Source of the DNA: Podarcis cretensis
Lineage: Eukaryota
DNA: 64,000 nucleotides
NCBI GenBank assembly: GCA_951804945.1
Contig: OX638154.1
Coordinates: 47,368,001 to 47,432,000 of the forward strand
Direction: 5' to 3'
Below are positions 25,100-38,800 of this stretch, in pieces; the first letter of the stretch is position 1, and every line of letters starts with the position of its first letter. The notes below the pieces were generated by a model. The model searched no databases. It was not told the DNA's origin and worked only from the letters and a program-made list of their open reading frames with translations. Made by a program: the position numbers and the translations under genes.

Positions 25100-25813
25100 T
25101 GCCAAATTTAATGCCACAATTAGTTCAGGCTTGTTGGAAGTCCCTGAAGCACTGCCATGGGATCAGTTTCAGTTGCTGCAGCCTGATAATGTGGACAAGA
25201 CACTTGCAGCCTTAAGGCTGAATATGTGGAGTCTCAATCCCTGCCCACTATGGTTGGTAAAATCTAGTAGGAGGTGATTGGTTGGCTGGGTCCATGAAGT
25301 GGTTAATGCCTCTTGAAAAGGCCCTCCCTAGATCCAAAGCCTGTATAAAATTACCACCCAGTTTCTAATATTCCCTTCATGGGTAAGATTATAAAGAGGT
25401 GGCCAACCAGCTGCATGTATGTTTGGAGGAAGCAAATCATCTAGGTTTCGTATTTCAAAATAGCTTCAGACCAGGTTTAGCCCTGAAACAGCCTTTGTTG
25501 CCCTGATTGATGACCTTCATTGGAAGAGGGACAATGGGAAGGCAACTCTTTTGGTTCTTCTTGATCTGTCAGTGGCTTTCGGCACCATTGGCCCTGCATG
25601 GTGTCAGCCTAGAATGACCCAGGGAAGTGGGAGTTGGAGGTGTTGTATTGCAGTAGCTCTGCTCCTACCTGCAGTATTACTACCAGGAAGTAACACTAGG
25701 AGACAGTTGCAAAGCTTCGTGGCTTTTGGGCAGTGGGGTCCATTCTGTCTCCTATGCTCTTCTATATGAAGCCATTGGGAGCAATCATCCAGGGGGTTGT
25801 GGCACAGTGTCAT

Positions 25814-25848
<35 letters not shown>

Positions 25849-25890
25849 TATTCCATCTGAATCAGGAGAGGCTGTGCAGTCCCTAGAAAC
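25100..25890 (+). mobile_element. Decayed L2/CR1-clade LINE reverse-transcriptase fragment
   Basis: Remnant RT motifs YHPVSNIPFMGKII and LVLLDLSVAFGTI with stops and frameshifts. Confidence 0.7.
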
Positions 25891-28800
25891 CATCTTTCAT
25901 GGAAAACATCCTTGGAAGCTTCCATAAAACAATATAATATACATAATCAAACATATATACATCAAACCATCATTAAAGTAATAAAATCCAGTAACAGGAA
26001 AAAAATTAAAAATAGTGGAGGGGACCCAATATCAGATAGAATAGCACCCCTATATCTTGTTAAGAAAAAGCAATCTGAAATAATGCTTGTTTATTCATTC
26101 ATCTGAGTTCTTTCACAGCAATCTTTTCAGTTGGGTCTTAGAGTTGTATAAGCCATTGCAATTAAAAACACATTAAAGTATTAAGATCTAATAATATTTC
26201 TGTGTGCCATGCTGAAATCCAGGAAGTCTTTCTCAAGCCTCAGAAATCTAATGCTGTTATTCTAATTATGGGCTATTATATGTGTATACCTTATTATTTT
26301 CTGTGAAAATCCTTAGTGCATTAAAATGCATGAGCAAGATCTTTGGATTCCATTCAGGCAACCTACATGGGATTCTGCCTTAGAAGGGATGGGAAAGATC
26401 TATCCATATGGTGTGTAAATATCCATCATTGGTCAAAAAAGGCCAAGATAACCACCTGCATTGAGCTAAAGGATTCCTCTCAAACAAGGAACATTCTGTT
26501 TTGATCTTTATGGTCCTGTCACTCCCAGTCTTTCTTCTTCTGGCTTTTCAAATGTTACAATGAGCAAAAGCATGCCACCTGAATTTCTACATCTCATTTA
26601 AAAGAAAGAAACCACCAGAGCTTAACTGTTAAAATCCACCTAATGTCAGACAGTTTATTTTCCTGTATTAAGATTTTCAGAAACAAATCTTGAGGAGGGG
26701 ATAACATACCATGAAAAATACCCCTTGTACCGTGAAATAAGCAATTGCTTACTGTGAAAAATATACAGCCTTAATAATTTCATAAACATAAATGACAAGC
26801 ACTCAATTTGGATGCTGGTAATTTACAACCTATACTTTTCAGCCAAGGTTTCAAAGAACTTTATCTCCCATTTAGAATCTCACGTCTGTCTGGGTTATAT
26901 TTTCCAAGGAGTTTAACCACCGTGAACTTCGGCCTCAATGAACGTCAGTTATAATACTGAATGAGATGCCACCATTATTATGATACTGGTGCAGAATGTG
27001 CCCCTTGTCCCTTGCCCTCTTGTGCAATATTGGACATAAGCACACTTGCATGACGCCTTTTTCTTTAAGCCTTCACACTCCAAGAAAAGTAGGAAGGATT
27101 CAGGGCAACAAGGCAGCAGGAAACTCAAAGCAAGGTAGCATCTTGCTCTCTGTGATTACATCCAATTGGTGCTCCTCCATTGATGAAAAGATCTTTAATC
27201 CAAAGGAGCCTTCCATCAGTGGAGCAGTGTCCAGGTGGAAATTTGGGAAATGTCAGGGAAAATCCAGACGCATGGCAGTTGTTTTCCCATAAAAATAGCT
27301 CAAAAACTGCATTTTTTGCCATTTTGCCCAACTTTTGGACAGCTTTTCTGTCCAGATTTCCACAGCTTGAAATATGGCAGAAGTGGTGACTGCAGCAACA
27401 GTGGACAGGAAGACCTGGAGGCCTTCCTCTCACCTCCCAGGTGCCTGAAACAGCATGCCAAGGGCCTTGAAAGATGGAGTTTTCCCTATAGGTGCATTCT
27501 GCTGCTCTCTCTGGTGTTGCTGCAGACACAGATAAGTGAAAGGGATCAGGAGCTCCTGATGCAAGGGCATTCGTATGTTATCAGGAGTGGAAGAGGGTTT
27601 TTAGAGTTGAAACTGGGCTCTGAAAACATCCTATTGTTCCCGTCTTTGGGGAAAATAGGTTGGCTTACCAAGCCCAGTCATGAATGAAGCCCAAGGGGGT
27701 GGGGGTTAGACATACAAGTTATTATACCTCATAGTATTAAAGTTTGTTAAATCCTAGCCTCACATACAACAGATCTGTTGAGATTGGGGTCAATTTATTT
27801 CTTCAAAGGTCAGGAGCATTGTAAGGAGACGACTTTCGATGTCTTTGCAGTGTTACAATCAGCACCCTTGAATGAATCCCCTTCCTGGCCTGAAATAGCT
27901 CTGATTCTCTGTGTTCCCAGTCTGTAAGGCAATCGCTCTGAGCCATCTATGCACCTTTGTGACAAGTTCTGGTATACTCATTTAGGAGGTGAGTGTGTTT
28001 GCCTGCCAAGCTCAGTGGTTATGCTCCCTCCAGTGCATAACCCCAGGCCAGGAGATGGAAGCAAAAAAGGAGGAAATGGCTTAGGGAAGGGGGATGGATG
28101 AACAAGAAGGGAATGGACAGCTTTGATTGCACAATACAGTTTGAAAAGCAGAAAGCTTCTTGGCAAGGACGCTCACTGGGGGTGATAAAACAATGCTATT
28201 TTTGGCCTGGGCCTGAGTCACTTGAAGAAGATGCGCTGGGGTTTAAATAACAAAAAGTGTGATTTGTTAACACTTCCCAGCCATTCCCCTGAGCCTGCTT
28301 TCTATACAAATTGGACCTGTCCTTCAGTTGCAGTAAATGAGAAGGAGGAGAGTTTGTCAGACTGTGCAGGGGATTTAGTAGCCCCATTAAGATTCTTTTC
28401 ACCATTTGAAAGAGAGAATCACTCCTTCCTGACTAAGGGGGATGACCGGACCTGGTAGCTTCTCCATGACCTCCAATATTATATATACACTTTAAAATCT
28501 GAATTATTATTTGTTAAATTTACTAGGTGCGTATTCTTGCCACAGGCAACTCAAAGCAACTTTCCAAAGAAAACAAACCCCAATATTAATATACTGTGTC
28601 CCAAAGAGCTTCAAATTCACAGCTACTCATTCTGGAACGGGGACACTATGGAAACCTTATTTTTATTCAACAGGATAAAACCAGAGTCACTTCCTGTGCT
28701 CACCTTAGAAATAATCACTAATGATCTCTTTGGGTTAAATCCTGGTACTTCATTAAAGAGGGGCTGTGGATCAGAGTGCCAGGGGATAAATAATGCAACA

Positions 28801-30599
28801 GGCATTAAGCACTCAGCATTTGTATGCTATGATACACTTACTCTCAGCAAAGCTAGTGGGAAAAGAGGGAATATTGGTATGAAAAGAATGCCTCTGGCCA
28901 GCTGAAGGTGTGAAATACAGTTTGCTTAGAAATCTAGTCCAGACGGGGGCAAAACTACACATTACAAAGAACATGGGTTGTACTCAGCTTCATGCCAAGT
29001 ACCTTCCTTCTCTCTTGTAATATTTAGTTCAAGTTACCCAGGAGTCACTACACTGTTCACTTTACTCTCACCCCTTTCAACTTCATCAGGGTGCCGTAGA
29101 TGTGGGTGGAGATATGTGCGCCATGATGACATCAGGGCTTGGGTCTTATGCTCCTTAGCTTCTGTGGGGGCTGTCTATTCACTATTCCACCTCAGGAAGC
29201 AAAATTTCTTGAGCCAGCCTTGATAGTAGGTATACCATGTGTTAACAACCATCAATGTAAAAATGAGCAGTACAGAATAAATGTTAGACTTGGAGCTGTT
29301 AGGCTTGTTCCAGCAACTCTGGGATAAGTGACAGCTGCTCTATAGTCTCAGCTTGGAAGACCTACTGCATTCCTGTCCTCTAGATATCTTCTTGAACTCC
29401 GTCTCCCTCCCTGATCATTAGTGCCTGTTGACCTTGGCCATTACAAATATTTCCAGGTCATTTTCCAATTTTTGCCTGAAGAACAGATTAGCTGTGCTTG
29501 TGACACCTGGCGCATGAGATCTCTCCACTTACACTGCCCATCCTTCCTGTCTATTGAACCCCAGTACATTTTGTTCTCTAGACCATTTTGCCCCTTGCAA
29601 TGCCTTGCTTGGGTGAGGTTCCATTTCTTATCTCCACTTCCCCACACACTGATGCAGGCATGTTGGTTTCCACATCTCAAAACAAAACAAAACCTTCAAA
29701 ACAAGGTCCCACTGGCTGCAGCTTCAGAGGAACAAAATTGTCTCGTCTGCAATAAAAGCAATTTTATCCTGTGCATGAGGTGGGAGAGTCAGGAAACAGA
29801 ATAGTTGGCAAGACCATGAGGTTTGCCCAAGGTCACAGTGGAAACCAGCAGTGAGGCAAGCAAGCTCACAGGCTGGCTAAACATTTGCTCAGTTCCCTAA
29901 ATGATGTCCTGACCTGTTTCCTAATTCTCGGCAAGGGTTGCTGCTTTCCTGCTGAGCAGGAGAAAGGAAATCTCCTATTATAGCCAGACTTCCACCCCTC
30001 CTGCCTGCCCCTCTCTATCCCCAGTAGAGACCAAGTTGTGCATTGTTGAGGAGCTGAGCTGCTTATCTGTGGCTTGTGAGCTCACCCAATGGGAAAGGGG
30101 TTAAATGGAGATAAAGCTGGAGAGTGGTAGAGACCATATGGAAGGGGAAGAAAACTCTTTATCCTGTAATTGGATTCATTCCCAGCAGCTCCTGGCTAAG
30201 GTGAGCCTGAGTGGATGTGACAGGTCATGATCTGTGCATTGCTGTCAGCTGGGCCGCCCCAAGCAGGATGTGTGTGCACAAACTTGTAGATCAATCCATT
30301 AGTATGGATCAAATAGATTTAAATGTGTGACAGGGAAGAAGTAGGACACAGATATATTTACAGTTAGGTTTGTTGGTGTTGTGCTGTTGTTTTTTTCCCC
30401 TTCAGAGTCAAGATTAACTCTAGCTCAGGTAGCTGTTCCAGCTCTGTGCTCCTAAGCCCTCTGCTGGCTACAGGAAGGGACAATTTTACACAAGACTAAA
30501 AATAAAACAACAGCTTGAAAGCTTGAAAGGAGACAAGCTAACCTGGTGCAGTGACATTCTGTAGTTTGCAGGAAAATAATGGTAAAACTAGGGTTTGTT

Positions 30600-31330
30600 T
30601 TGCTTTATTTGAAAAGATGTATAAACCACTTAATTTAAAAATAAAAACCTCCAAGGGCTGTGCATAAAGCAATCATCAATCAAACACAGATAAAAATCAG
30701 CAGAAGTTAAAAACAAGTGTACACAACTAAATTATGTGTCCAAATAGGCTTCCTGAAATAAAATATTTTTAACAGGCGTCTGAAACAGGGCACCTGCCTA
30801 ATATTAATCAGCAGGGAGTTCCAAAGCAACAGCGCTGCTACAATGAAAAACTAGCTCCTAGCAAAATGTGGAACTGACATTTTATGGCACTTGTAAAAGT
30901 GCAAATTTTGCAGATGGAAGCTGTCGATTTGGTACATAAGGGGCAAGGCAATCCTTCAAGTAAGCTGGCCCCAAGCTGTTAAGGGCCTTGTGTACTAACA
31001 GTAAAACCCTGAACCAGTAACAAATTGGCAGCCAGTACAGATCTTTGAGCAGATGTGCAATATGCTGGTAGGAACTAACTCCTGTCAGCAATCGTGCTAT
31101 AGCATTCTGTATTAATGGGAGTTTCCAGATTGATTGCAAAGGAAACCCCGCATAGAGTGCATTCTGTTAGTTCAGTCTTGAAGTTACCAGTGCCAGAACT
31201 ACTGTGGTCAGACTCTCCCAGTCCAGGAACAGCTGCAGCTGGGTTTAGCTCCGCTCAGGAGTTCCAAGTGAAGAGGATTCTTTCCCAAAGTGGAACCTGC
31301 TTGGGTCAGCTGTGATCAGGAGCTCCAGAA
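30600..31330 (-). mobile_element. Old L2 LINE 3' portion
   Basis: ORF 30882..31139 IQNAIARLLTG...LKDLYWLP...KALNSLGPAYLKD matches the L2 ORF2 C-terminus. Confidence 0.75.
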
Positions 31331-31513
31331 TGCAGCCGATCCCTGCCCAAAGTGGGGCTTGCAGTCAGCATTGAATGGAAATGCCAGTAGGGACTAAGGA
31401 ACTCTAGAACTAATTGTTCCTGAGGGAATAAGTCACATCTCTCCTTCTCTCTGTGTGTGCCCTGATAATGAGCATGCAGTCCAAGCAAGCATTGAGCAGG
31501 GTGTTATGCTAGT

Positions 31514-31727
31514 CACTGGCGTACGAAGGGGGGGCGGGGGGCGCATTGCCCCGGGCACCATTTGGGGAAAGGTGCCATCGTGGCCACCCCCCTGGGACAT
31601 GCACCGCGCCCTCCCGGGATGCACGCCATGCAACCCTGGACGCATGCCACGCCCCTGCAGGCAATGAGCCAGCCACACCCCCACCTGTTCTCTGCTCCAG
31701 GGGCTGCAGCATGTTGCTCCACCACTG
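31514..31727. mobile_element. GC-rich hAT MITE
   Basis: CACTGGCGTAC / CTCCACCACTG ends; TSD ATGCTAGT/ATGCTAGG. Confidence 0.7.
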
Positions 31728-32850
31728 ATGCTAGGGGGCCTCTAAGTTTGAGGTCCTCTCAACAGTTATGATTTTATAGTGAGAAAGCAAGTATGCATGC
31801 CCTCTCCAGCACATATATAATATACCGGTAATAATAGAGGGGGAATGTCCTGGCCCTATGTCCCTCTTCTATCCTTCCCAGCAGATTAGAACTGTGATAG
31901 TGTTGTACTACTTAGAGTGAGGAGTTGGGCAAAAACCTATGGAATTCTCTAGCTGCTGAGCATCTGTCTGCAAAGTAGAAGAGCCATAGCTGGGTGGGGC
32001 TGAAACACTCGCCTGACCTCCTTCTGGCCAATTCTCTGCTGAAGAGAGTGGGGGATGAGGCGGTGGGGAGGTCAGCGCAGTGTGAATGCATCCATGCAGC
32101 CAATGGGGCACTCATGCCAGCACATTTGCAATTCACGGTCCATGCTGCCACTTCCCTCTTCCCCCTCTCCATCCCACTATGTCGCAGTGACTCAGCCAAT
32201 GGGAGGTCAGCTGAGTGGCACAGACCCTCTATGCCATCTGCTACTGAGAAGAGCACGTCTGGATTGATTCTAGGGTCCACACTCTCACACTCTGCCTGTT
32301 AACATACTTGTGCCAGTCCCCCCCAACTAGATTATTGGTTCATTTTAGATATCGTGGCCGAGACCACATAACTGTTACCAAAAAGGAGCAATGCAGCAGC
32401 GAGCAGCAGCATCGTCAGCTGCAGGTGGCTGGAAAGCCAAACAGGATGTTGATGTTTGTGACTGTTACCATGGGAAGAAAGGGGCAGTCCATACACTGTA
32501 ACTGAGCACCGGATGTTAGCTCAGTGTGTCATCTGACCTGTACTGGAAGTACATGGGTGGAGTTATAATCTCTCTGCTGTTGATGTAAAGAGAGTGCAGT
32601 CACGTTTCTCTGTACAGTTGCAAAAGACAGAAATAAAAGCATGTAGATACATTTCTGTCTGTCTCTTTCCCCTCCCTGGGGATAGCAGGGAGGAGAGTGA
32701 AGGAGTGGTGTGTTCTTCTCACGTCTGGGAAGGATCGCCGATTACAGACCTCGCCTGTTTTCCTGCCGGGAGTCGCAGGGGGAGGTCAACAAGGAATTCA
32801 GCCGGTGCCTGGAGAGTGGCACATTCCTCTGACAGAGGCAGGATTCCAAC

Positions 32851-33313
32851 AATAACACCGGTCCTGAAAGACTTACATTGGCTCCCAGTATGTTTCCAGG
32901 CACAACTCAAAGTGTTGGTGCTGGCCTTTAAATCCCTAGATTGCCTTGGCCCAGTATACCTGAAGGAGCGTCTCCACCCCCATCGTTCAGCCTGGACACT
33001 GAGGTCCAGCGCCGAGGGCCTTCTGGGGGTTCCCTCACTGTGAGAAGCAAAGTTACAGGGAACCAGGCAGAGGGCCTTCTTGGTGGTGGCGCCCACCCTG
33101 TGGAACGCCCTCCCATCAGATGTCAAGGAAATAAACAACTATCTGACTTTTAGAAGACATCTGAAGGCAGCCCTGTATAGAGAAGCTTTTAATATTTGAT
33201 AAATTATTGTATTTTAATATTTTGCTGGAAGCCGCCCAGAGTGGCTGGAGAAACTCAGCCAGATGGGTGGGGTATAAATAAATGATGATGATGATGATGA
33301 TGATGAAGATGAT
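32851..33313 (+). mobile_element. Young L2 LINE 3' portion with (TGA)n tail
   Basis: ITPVLKDLHWLPVCFQAQLKVLVLAFKSL..GPVYLKERL; 3' end GCCGCCCAGAGTGGCTGG...GGTATAAATAAA. Confidence 0.85.
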
Positions 33314-35382
33314 GCACATCCCTGACATTCTTTATTGTTCACTGTTGGGGTTTTTTGTGTGCATATTTGAATACTCAGTTGATTTTATATCTTTTTAACA
33401 TTTTAGTGCTAGAATTTTATTCTTTAAACAGCTTCAGGATCCGTGGTTGGGAAGTGATCTAAACATTATTTTAATGAAGAAATATTACTACATTGCTACT
33501 GCTGTGATAGCGCTAATGAGGGCAGCACCGTCTGTGGGGGTTGGGGGTGGAAGCATTGTTCCTCATCCGTGTGTCAATGCTGAACGAATGGCTGCCCCAC
33601 TAATCTTCACAAACAAACAAATGCTAATAGTTGCAGATAAATAGTAAGGTCGACAGCACAGAATTTTGCGAACAAAACACGCAACTGTCAGTCAAAAATG
33701 CTGATAAAATCTAAAGCATCAAAGCCTGATTTAATCCAATTCCTGTTATCAGAAAATCTCCAGGGAATTGTACAGCAGTGAGAACAGCTATTTCTTTTCA
33801 TTGTACACCTCTCTTACCGTGACAGCTAATATCTACTGACAAGACTTGGGTGGTAAAGTTGAATCCAAGGGTCTCACACTTCTTACCCAGGCAAAATATC
33901 CATTGGTTTCTGTAAGAAATCTATGTGAGCAAAAAGACCTTGGTCACTCAGGACTCAGAAGACAGCCTCGTCATTTTTTCTGCTTCCTTTTTTTAAAGCC
34001 AATTTTTCATCCTTTGTCAATAGGGACTTGGGTATCATACATCATTGTCTTACTCATTTGATTGTACAGGCAACTTACAAAGACATAGTTAATGTCCTTC
34101 CTGGTTCTGTGGTATTTTATCTTGTTACGTTTAGCTTAATATATTTCAGTTTGGTATGCTGCTGTTGAGAATGTGCAAGAGGGAAAGGAGGGAAAGAACA
34201 AGTAAAATGATTAAAAGTCACCAATGTGCCTGTCAGGTGGCCTGTCAATAGGGATGTGGAAGGAATTCTATTCAGTTTGCATTTAAACCTACCTAATTCG
34301 CACTCTCAAAAACAATACAAGACCCAAAACACAGCCATTCTTTGAAATTTATACTCCTCTGAATTTTGCAATGCAATGCTCCAACCAACCAATGTTTACA
34401 AAGATGCATAATGAGGAACACATGTGAAAACAATGTGCAAAATGCGTTATATTAGGAGAAATTCCTTGTCAATGCATTAGTCAAAACTGCATATGAATGC
34501 GTACCCCCCCCCAGGATAATTTTGCACTAAAATGCTGACAAATATTCATGGGGATTTTTGTAATGCAGATTGCTATAGAAGAGTGGAGAAATAAATTTAA
34601 GATTGGAAAAATGAGAAATGGAGAGAACTGGAATTGACAGTTCCATTCATCTATATCTGTAAATGGACCATCTGTATGAGTAAAAGGCAGTTCCCAATAT
34701 TCTGTTTGAGAAGCCCAACCCAGGAAGCAGTTCCCCAAATACCAACACAATAAAGTTCATATGAAATACGAAAGGATCTTCATTGCTTCTTTTCCTTACA
34801 AGTGAAACTAAGCATTGCTTGTTTTTCCTACACTTTTACTAAGAGTGGAGTGATGCTCTCCCCTTTGTTGGTGCTGGGGGCAGGGAGAATAGCACACAAG
34901 CTTCTTTCCATTAGCCTCCACTTGCAAAGAGGAATAGCACAGGCCTAGTGGGCATGAAAACCAGAAGTTTTCCAGCTAGTGATAACCACCAGAAAGTCCC
35001 CAAATGGGGCACTGGGAGGAATCTGCTGGATCCAAAGCCTCATGGATCCCCTGAAGGGTTGAATCTTTGGCCTCTCAACTATACCACTGGCAGATCAAGA
35101 GAGGGAACCCCACCTTTTACCCTGGCCAGCATGAGCTGGCAGAGCTTTGGATGCAGCTGTAGATTTGCCAGTCTGCACACCCCCTCATTAGGATTGCTCT
35201 GTAAGTTGGGTAGGAACAGATAATGTGGCTTCAGGAGATGAATCCCAAGCCCAACTGCAAGTGTGCTTGACGGGGTCTATACAACCCAAGCCTGTCTTGC
35301 TATTGCCTCTGTCACAGCCCCCCCCCAGACAAGGAAGGCACACATCTGATAGTTAACTCTTTATTGGCAAGAAAAACAATTG

Positions 35383-35803
35383 TCATAATTTTCTGTGTAT
35401 AAGACGCCCCCATGTATAAATTTGGGGGGACTCAAATTTAAGAAAATGGAGGGAGATGGCACAGAGTTGTTGAACTTTGGGGGGGGGGAGGATTGCCCAG
35501 AGTTGTTGAGCTTTTTTTGCGGAGGATTACCCAGAAATCGCTCACCCACATGCATCACAAAATCCGCCTCTCATCTGCCCCCTTGCCAGCAGAACCTGTC
35601 AATCACCTGCCCAATTGCTGCTGACACTGCAATCAACACCAGCCATTGAATCAGCAATCAATAGCACACCCAATAAACACTGACAGACATGGCAGCAACC
35701 AATCAAACATCCACCCTATGCACTATCCATGTATAAGATGACCCCCACTTTTTACCAAAAATTTTAAAGAAAAAAACCTTGTCTTATACATGGAGAAGTA
35801 TGG
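35383..35803. mobile_element. Tc1/mariner-type MITE
   Basis: Imperfect TIRs TTTTCTGTGTATAAGAC / GTCTTATACATGGAGAAGTATG. Confidence 0.6.
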
Positions 35804-38800
35804 AACATCAGCTCCCACAGTGCTCTGGATATACATGCACGTACGCTTCTAGTCGCTAGGCAGCTGTCCATGGTCTGGACCCCATGGAGAAGTTGCAGCA
35901 ACAGCAGGGCCATTCCTTCCGGGTTATATACCTTCCTCTGATGGGTTGCATGCCTGAAACCTGAGATTTATCCTGCATGGAAGTCATCACTGCTCTTCCC
36001 TTTTCAAGCCCCTCCTGGTTCAAGGAGACAGTGGGGTGGGGGAAGGTGAGGACAGTACTAACCCATCCCTCACCTGAACTGTCCCTTTTTCCTCTGCCAC
36101 ATACTGTGCACCCTGGCCTGGTTGCTGCCTTGCGACCAGCACCCAACCCCTTAAATCGCTGGCCCCCATTCCTGGGTCATTCTCCTAGCCCCCTGCCTCT
36201 ACTTCAGAGCCCCGCCAGTCCCTGATACCCTCAGGTGTGGTACCTGGCCTAATGGAGATCAGCCCAGGATTTGGCACCATTCTTATATGGCTTATGAGTG
36301 TCAGGTACGCTGAATCAATGTGCCTGTCACTGATCTTCCATCTGAATCAGGAGTACATAGCAGGTTATGTAGCACTCACAGACAGGATGAAACCTCACTT
36401 CTGATATCCTTCATTATCACATGCCTGGGGCAGCCATTGGCATCTGATTAATGGTGTAGCCAAAATCAGTTTGTTGTTTATGGGGGAGCACAAGATGACA
36501 AGATGCCACAATCTGTAGGGGACCATGGTCTCTCATGGAAAATGAATCAGCTCTTGTTAGGATCAGTAAACATTCCCAGCTGAAATTAGAACCAGGATCA
36601 CAGGGCTTTTGGCATGGATCTGAGAAGACAGGGAAAGTGAGAGTTTAATGTTAATCCAGGAAAGTGACAAACCCCCCACCGAATTACCCATTAATCTGAC
36701 ATTGCTTTCCCCGGCCAAGAGCCAGAGTACGCAATATGGTCTGAACCCAGCAGGAGTTAAATCTTACTATTGATTGTCTCTTTCCAACCCGGCTATGCTC
36801 CAGTGAATTAACATGAATTACATTGCTGAGAAGTTGGGAGAAATGTAACCAGTCTGCAGGGAAGAATAGAAACACAAGTTAAAGGCTGTGCATTTAAAAT
36901 ATTTATGCTGTGAGTGAACATGTATTTAAACCCTCTGAATTTCAAATATTTATGTATGCAGGGGGACAAAATCTAATATTAAGAAAAATGTATTAAAAGT
37001 TGCCAAAGGCACTTTTCTTCATTAGCAAAGCTGAACACCCACAGATAGCGGTGGTGGCGGCTGTTGTCCAGAATGCATCTGTGCATTCACTGGCACCCGT
37101 TTGCAAATGCTGCTTGGATAAGAATATGCTCTGTTTTACACCACAGATCAAATCATTTGCAAACAGAGGAATTAAAATAGGAGTTTTGTGTGGGCTTGAT
37201 CCAGTGGACAAGATGGGTGCCTCTAAAACAAACCTCTGTAAGATGATGTGTCTGCATTACCTAGAATTCTGAGCAAGGTGTGTGCACACGCAGTGTTAGA
37301 AATCTGTGGTGTAGCTGTGTTTTCCTTGAGTTTGGTTACCAAACACAGCTTGATATTTAAATAAATGCTAGTTCTCATGAACAGACAGCACATGGATCCC
37401 CACCACACACACAAACCCTTTATGCTGTGATTTATGCACAAATCAACTTAATGAGAGTTGAGCAGAGATGTGCCAAATCACAATTTGTGTTGACAACAAA
37501 TCATTTGTTAATCATGGTGCAATCAAGAAAAAGCAGCCACCCATGTTAATTGTATTTATTTCTATAGTACCACCTACTCTACGTGCTCAGGGATTGCATG
37601 AATTGGTCCTCCATCACCTAACCATCCAAAGAATTGTGGATTTTCAGGAAAAGAGGAGAAGCAACTTGAATATATAATTTTGGTCCAAGGACTCAATGGC
37701 TGAGTTTAGATGGTCTGCAAAGGTTTTATAAACCATGGTTTATGGAGGTGTGGATGAGCACCAAGGCTGTTTGCTCCTCACTCCCCCCTCCTCTACACTG
37801 CCATCCTTCTATTGCACTCTGGGTTCGGCATTAAGCCGAGTTTCCTGTTATATCTGAACCCAGGAACTCAGGGTTCATGCCAGTTAACAAACCAGGAAAA
37901 TAAGCCAGGATCATAGACAGAACAGATGTCACATCAGCCTGTTCAGATGCAACAGGGAACCCTGGCTTAACTCAAAACAGGCTCTTAATGCAGAAGCGAG
38001 CACAACAGGAAGAGGGCCAGGAAGGATTAAGAGAAGGGCACACAGTTATGGTGTTCATTCACAGCTTTGTATGCCATGGCTAGGAAGCCTTTGGCAATCA
38101 TCTGAATGCATCCGCTGGGCAATGGAGATAATCTCCAATAACCATTCTGTTTGAGCATCATGTCATAGGAAGCTACAGACGAGAGTTTTGCCCATCTAGC
38201 TTAGGAGTGGGATCTTTGCCCCCCCCCAGATGTTGCTGAACTACTACTCCCAACAGCCCTTGCAAACATAGCTAATGGCCAGAGATCATGGAAGTTGTAA
38301 TTCAGAAACTTCTGGAGGGCTAAAGGTTCCCCATGCTTGATGTAGCCCATGCGGCTCTCCAGAACCTTTGTCTGAGAAATCTCCCATCACCTGCTCTCTG
38401 ATCCTTTCTCTGGAGATAGTAGGGACTGGACATGCTCAGTAGCTGATGATGTAGTCAGGCTGTGTTGCTTGCCGACCTCCCTCCTGCCAAGTCCCTGCTG
38501 CATACCATGACAGAGAGGGTAGCAAGATTGGTGCAGTGCAAACACACCGTTGGAGCCAATCTGGTGCTCCTGCCGGGACATTTGCACCATGCTGCCCATG
38601 CTTCCACTTCATTCCTTTCCGTCACAGTATGCAGCAGCAGCAATTTGGCCAGGTAAGCAGCACAGCCCCACTGCACCGTCTGCTACGGCGCTAATCCAAA
38701 CTTTTGGTCCCAAAACTCAGCTCCATTTAAACTGAAACAGTGAATTTAGCAGTGGATTTCAGGAGCTGTGAGTCCTCCTCCATCAGAAGACTATTGATCT

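Noticed and set aside
27235-27687. 150-aa ORF with a hydrophobic stretch (CILLLSLVLLQ)
   Set aside because: No recognisable family, and no supportable start or exon structure
35870-36300. Possible solo LTR (also ~45860-46250 and ~49600-50250)
   Set aside because: Composition is suggestive, but no clear TG...CA ends with TSDs could be established
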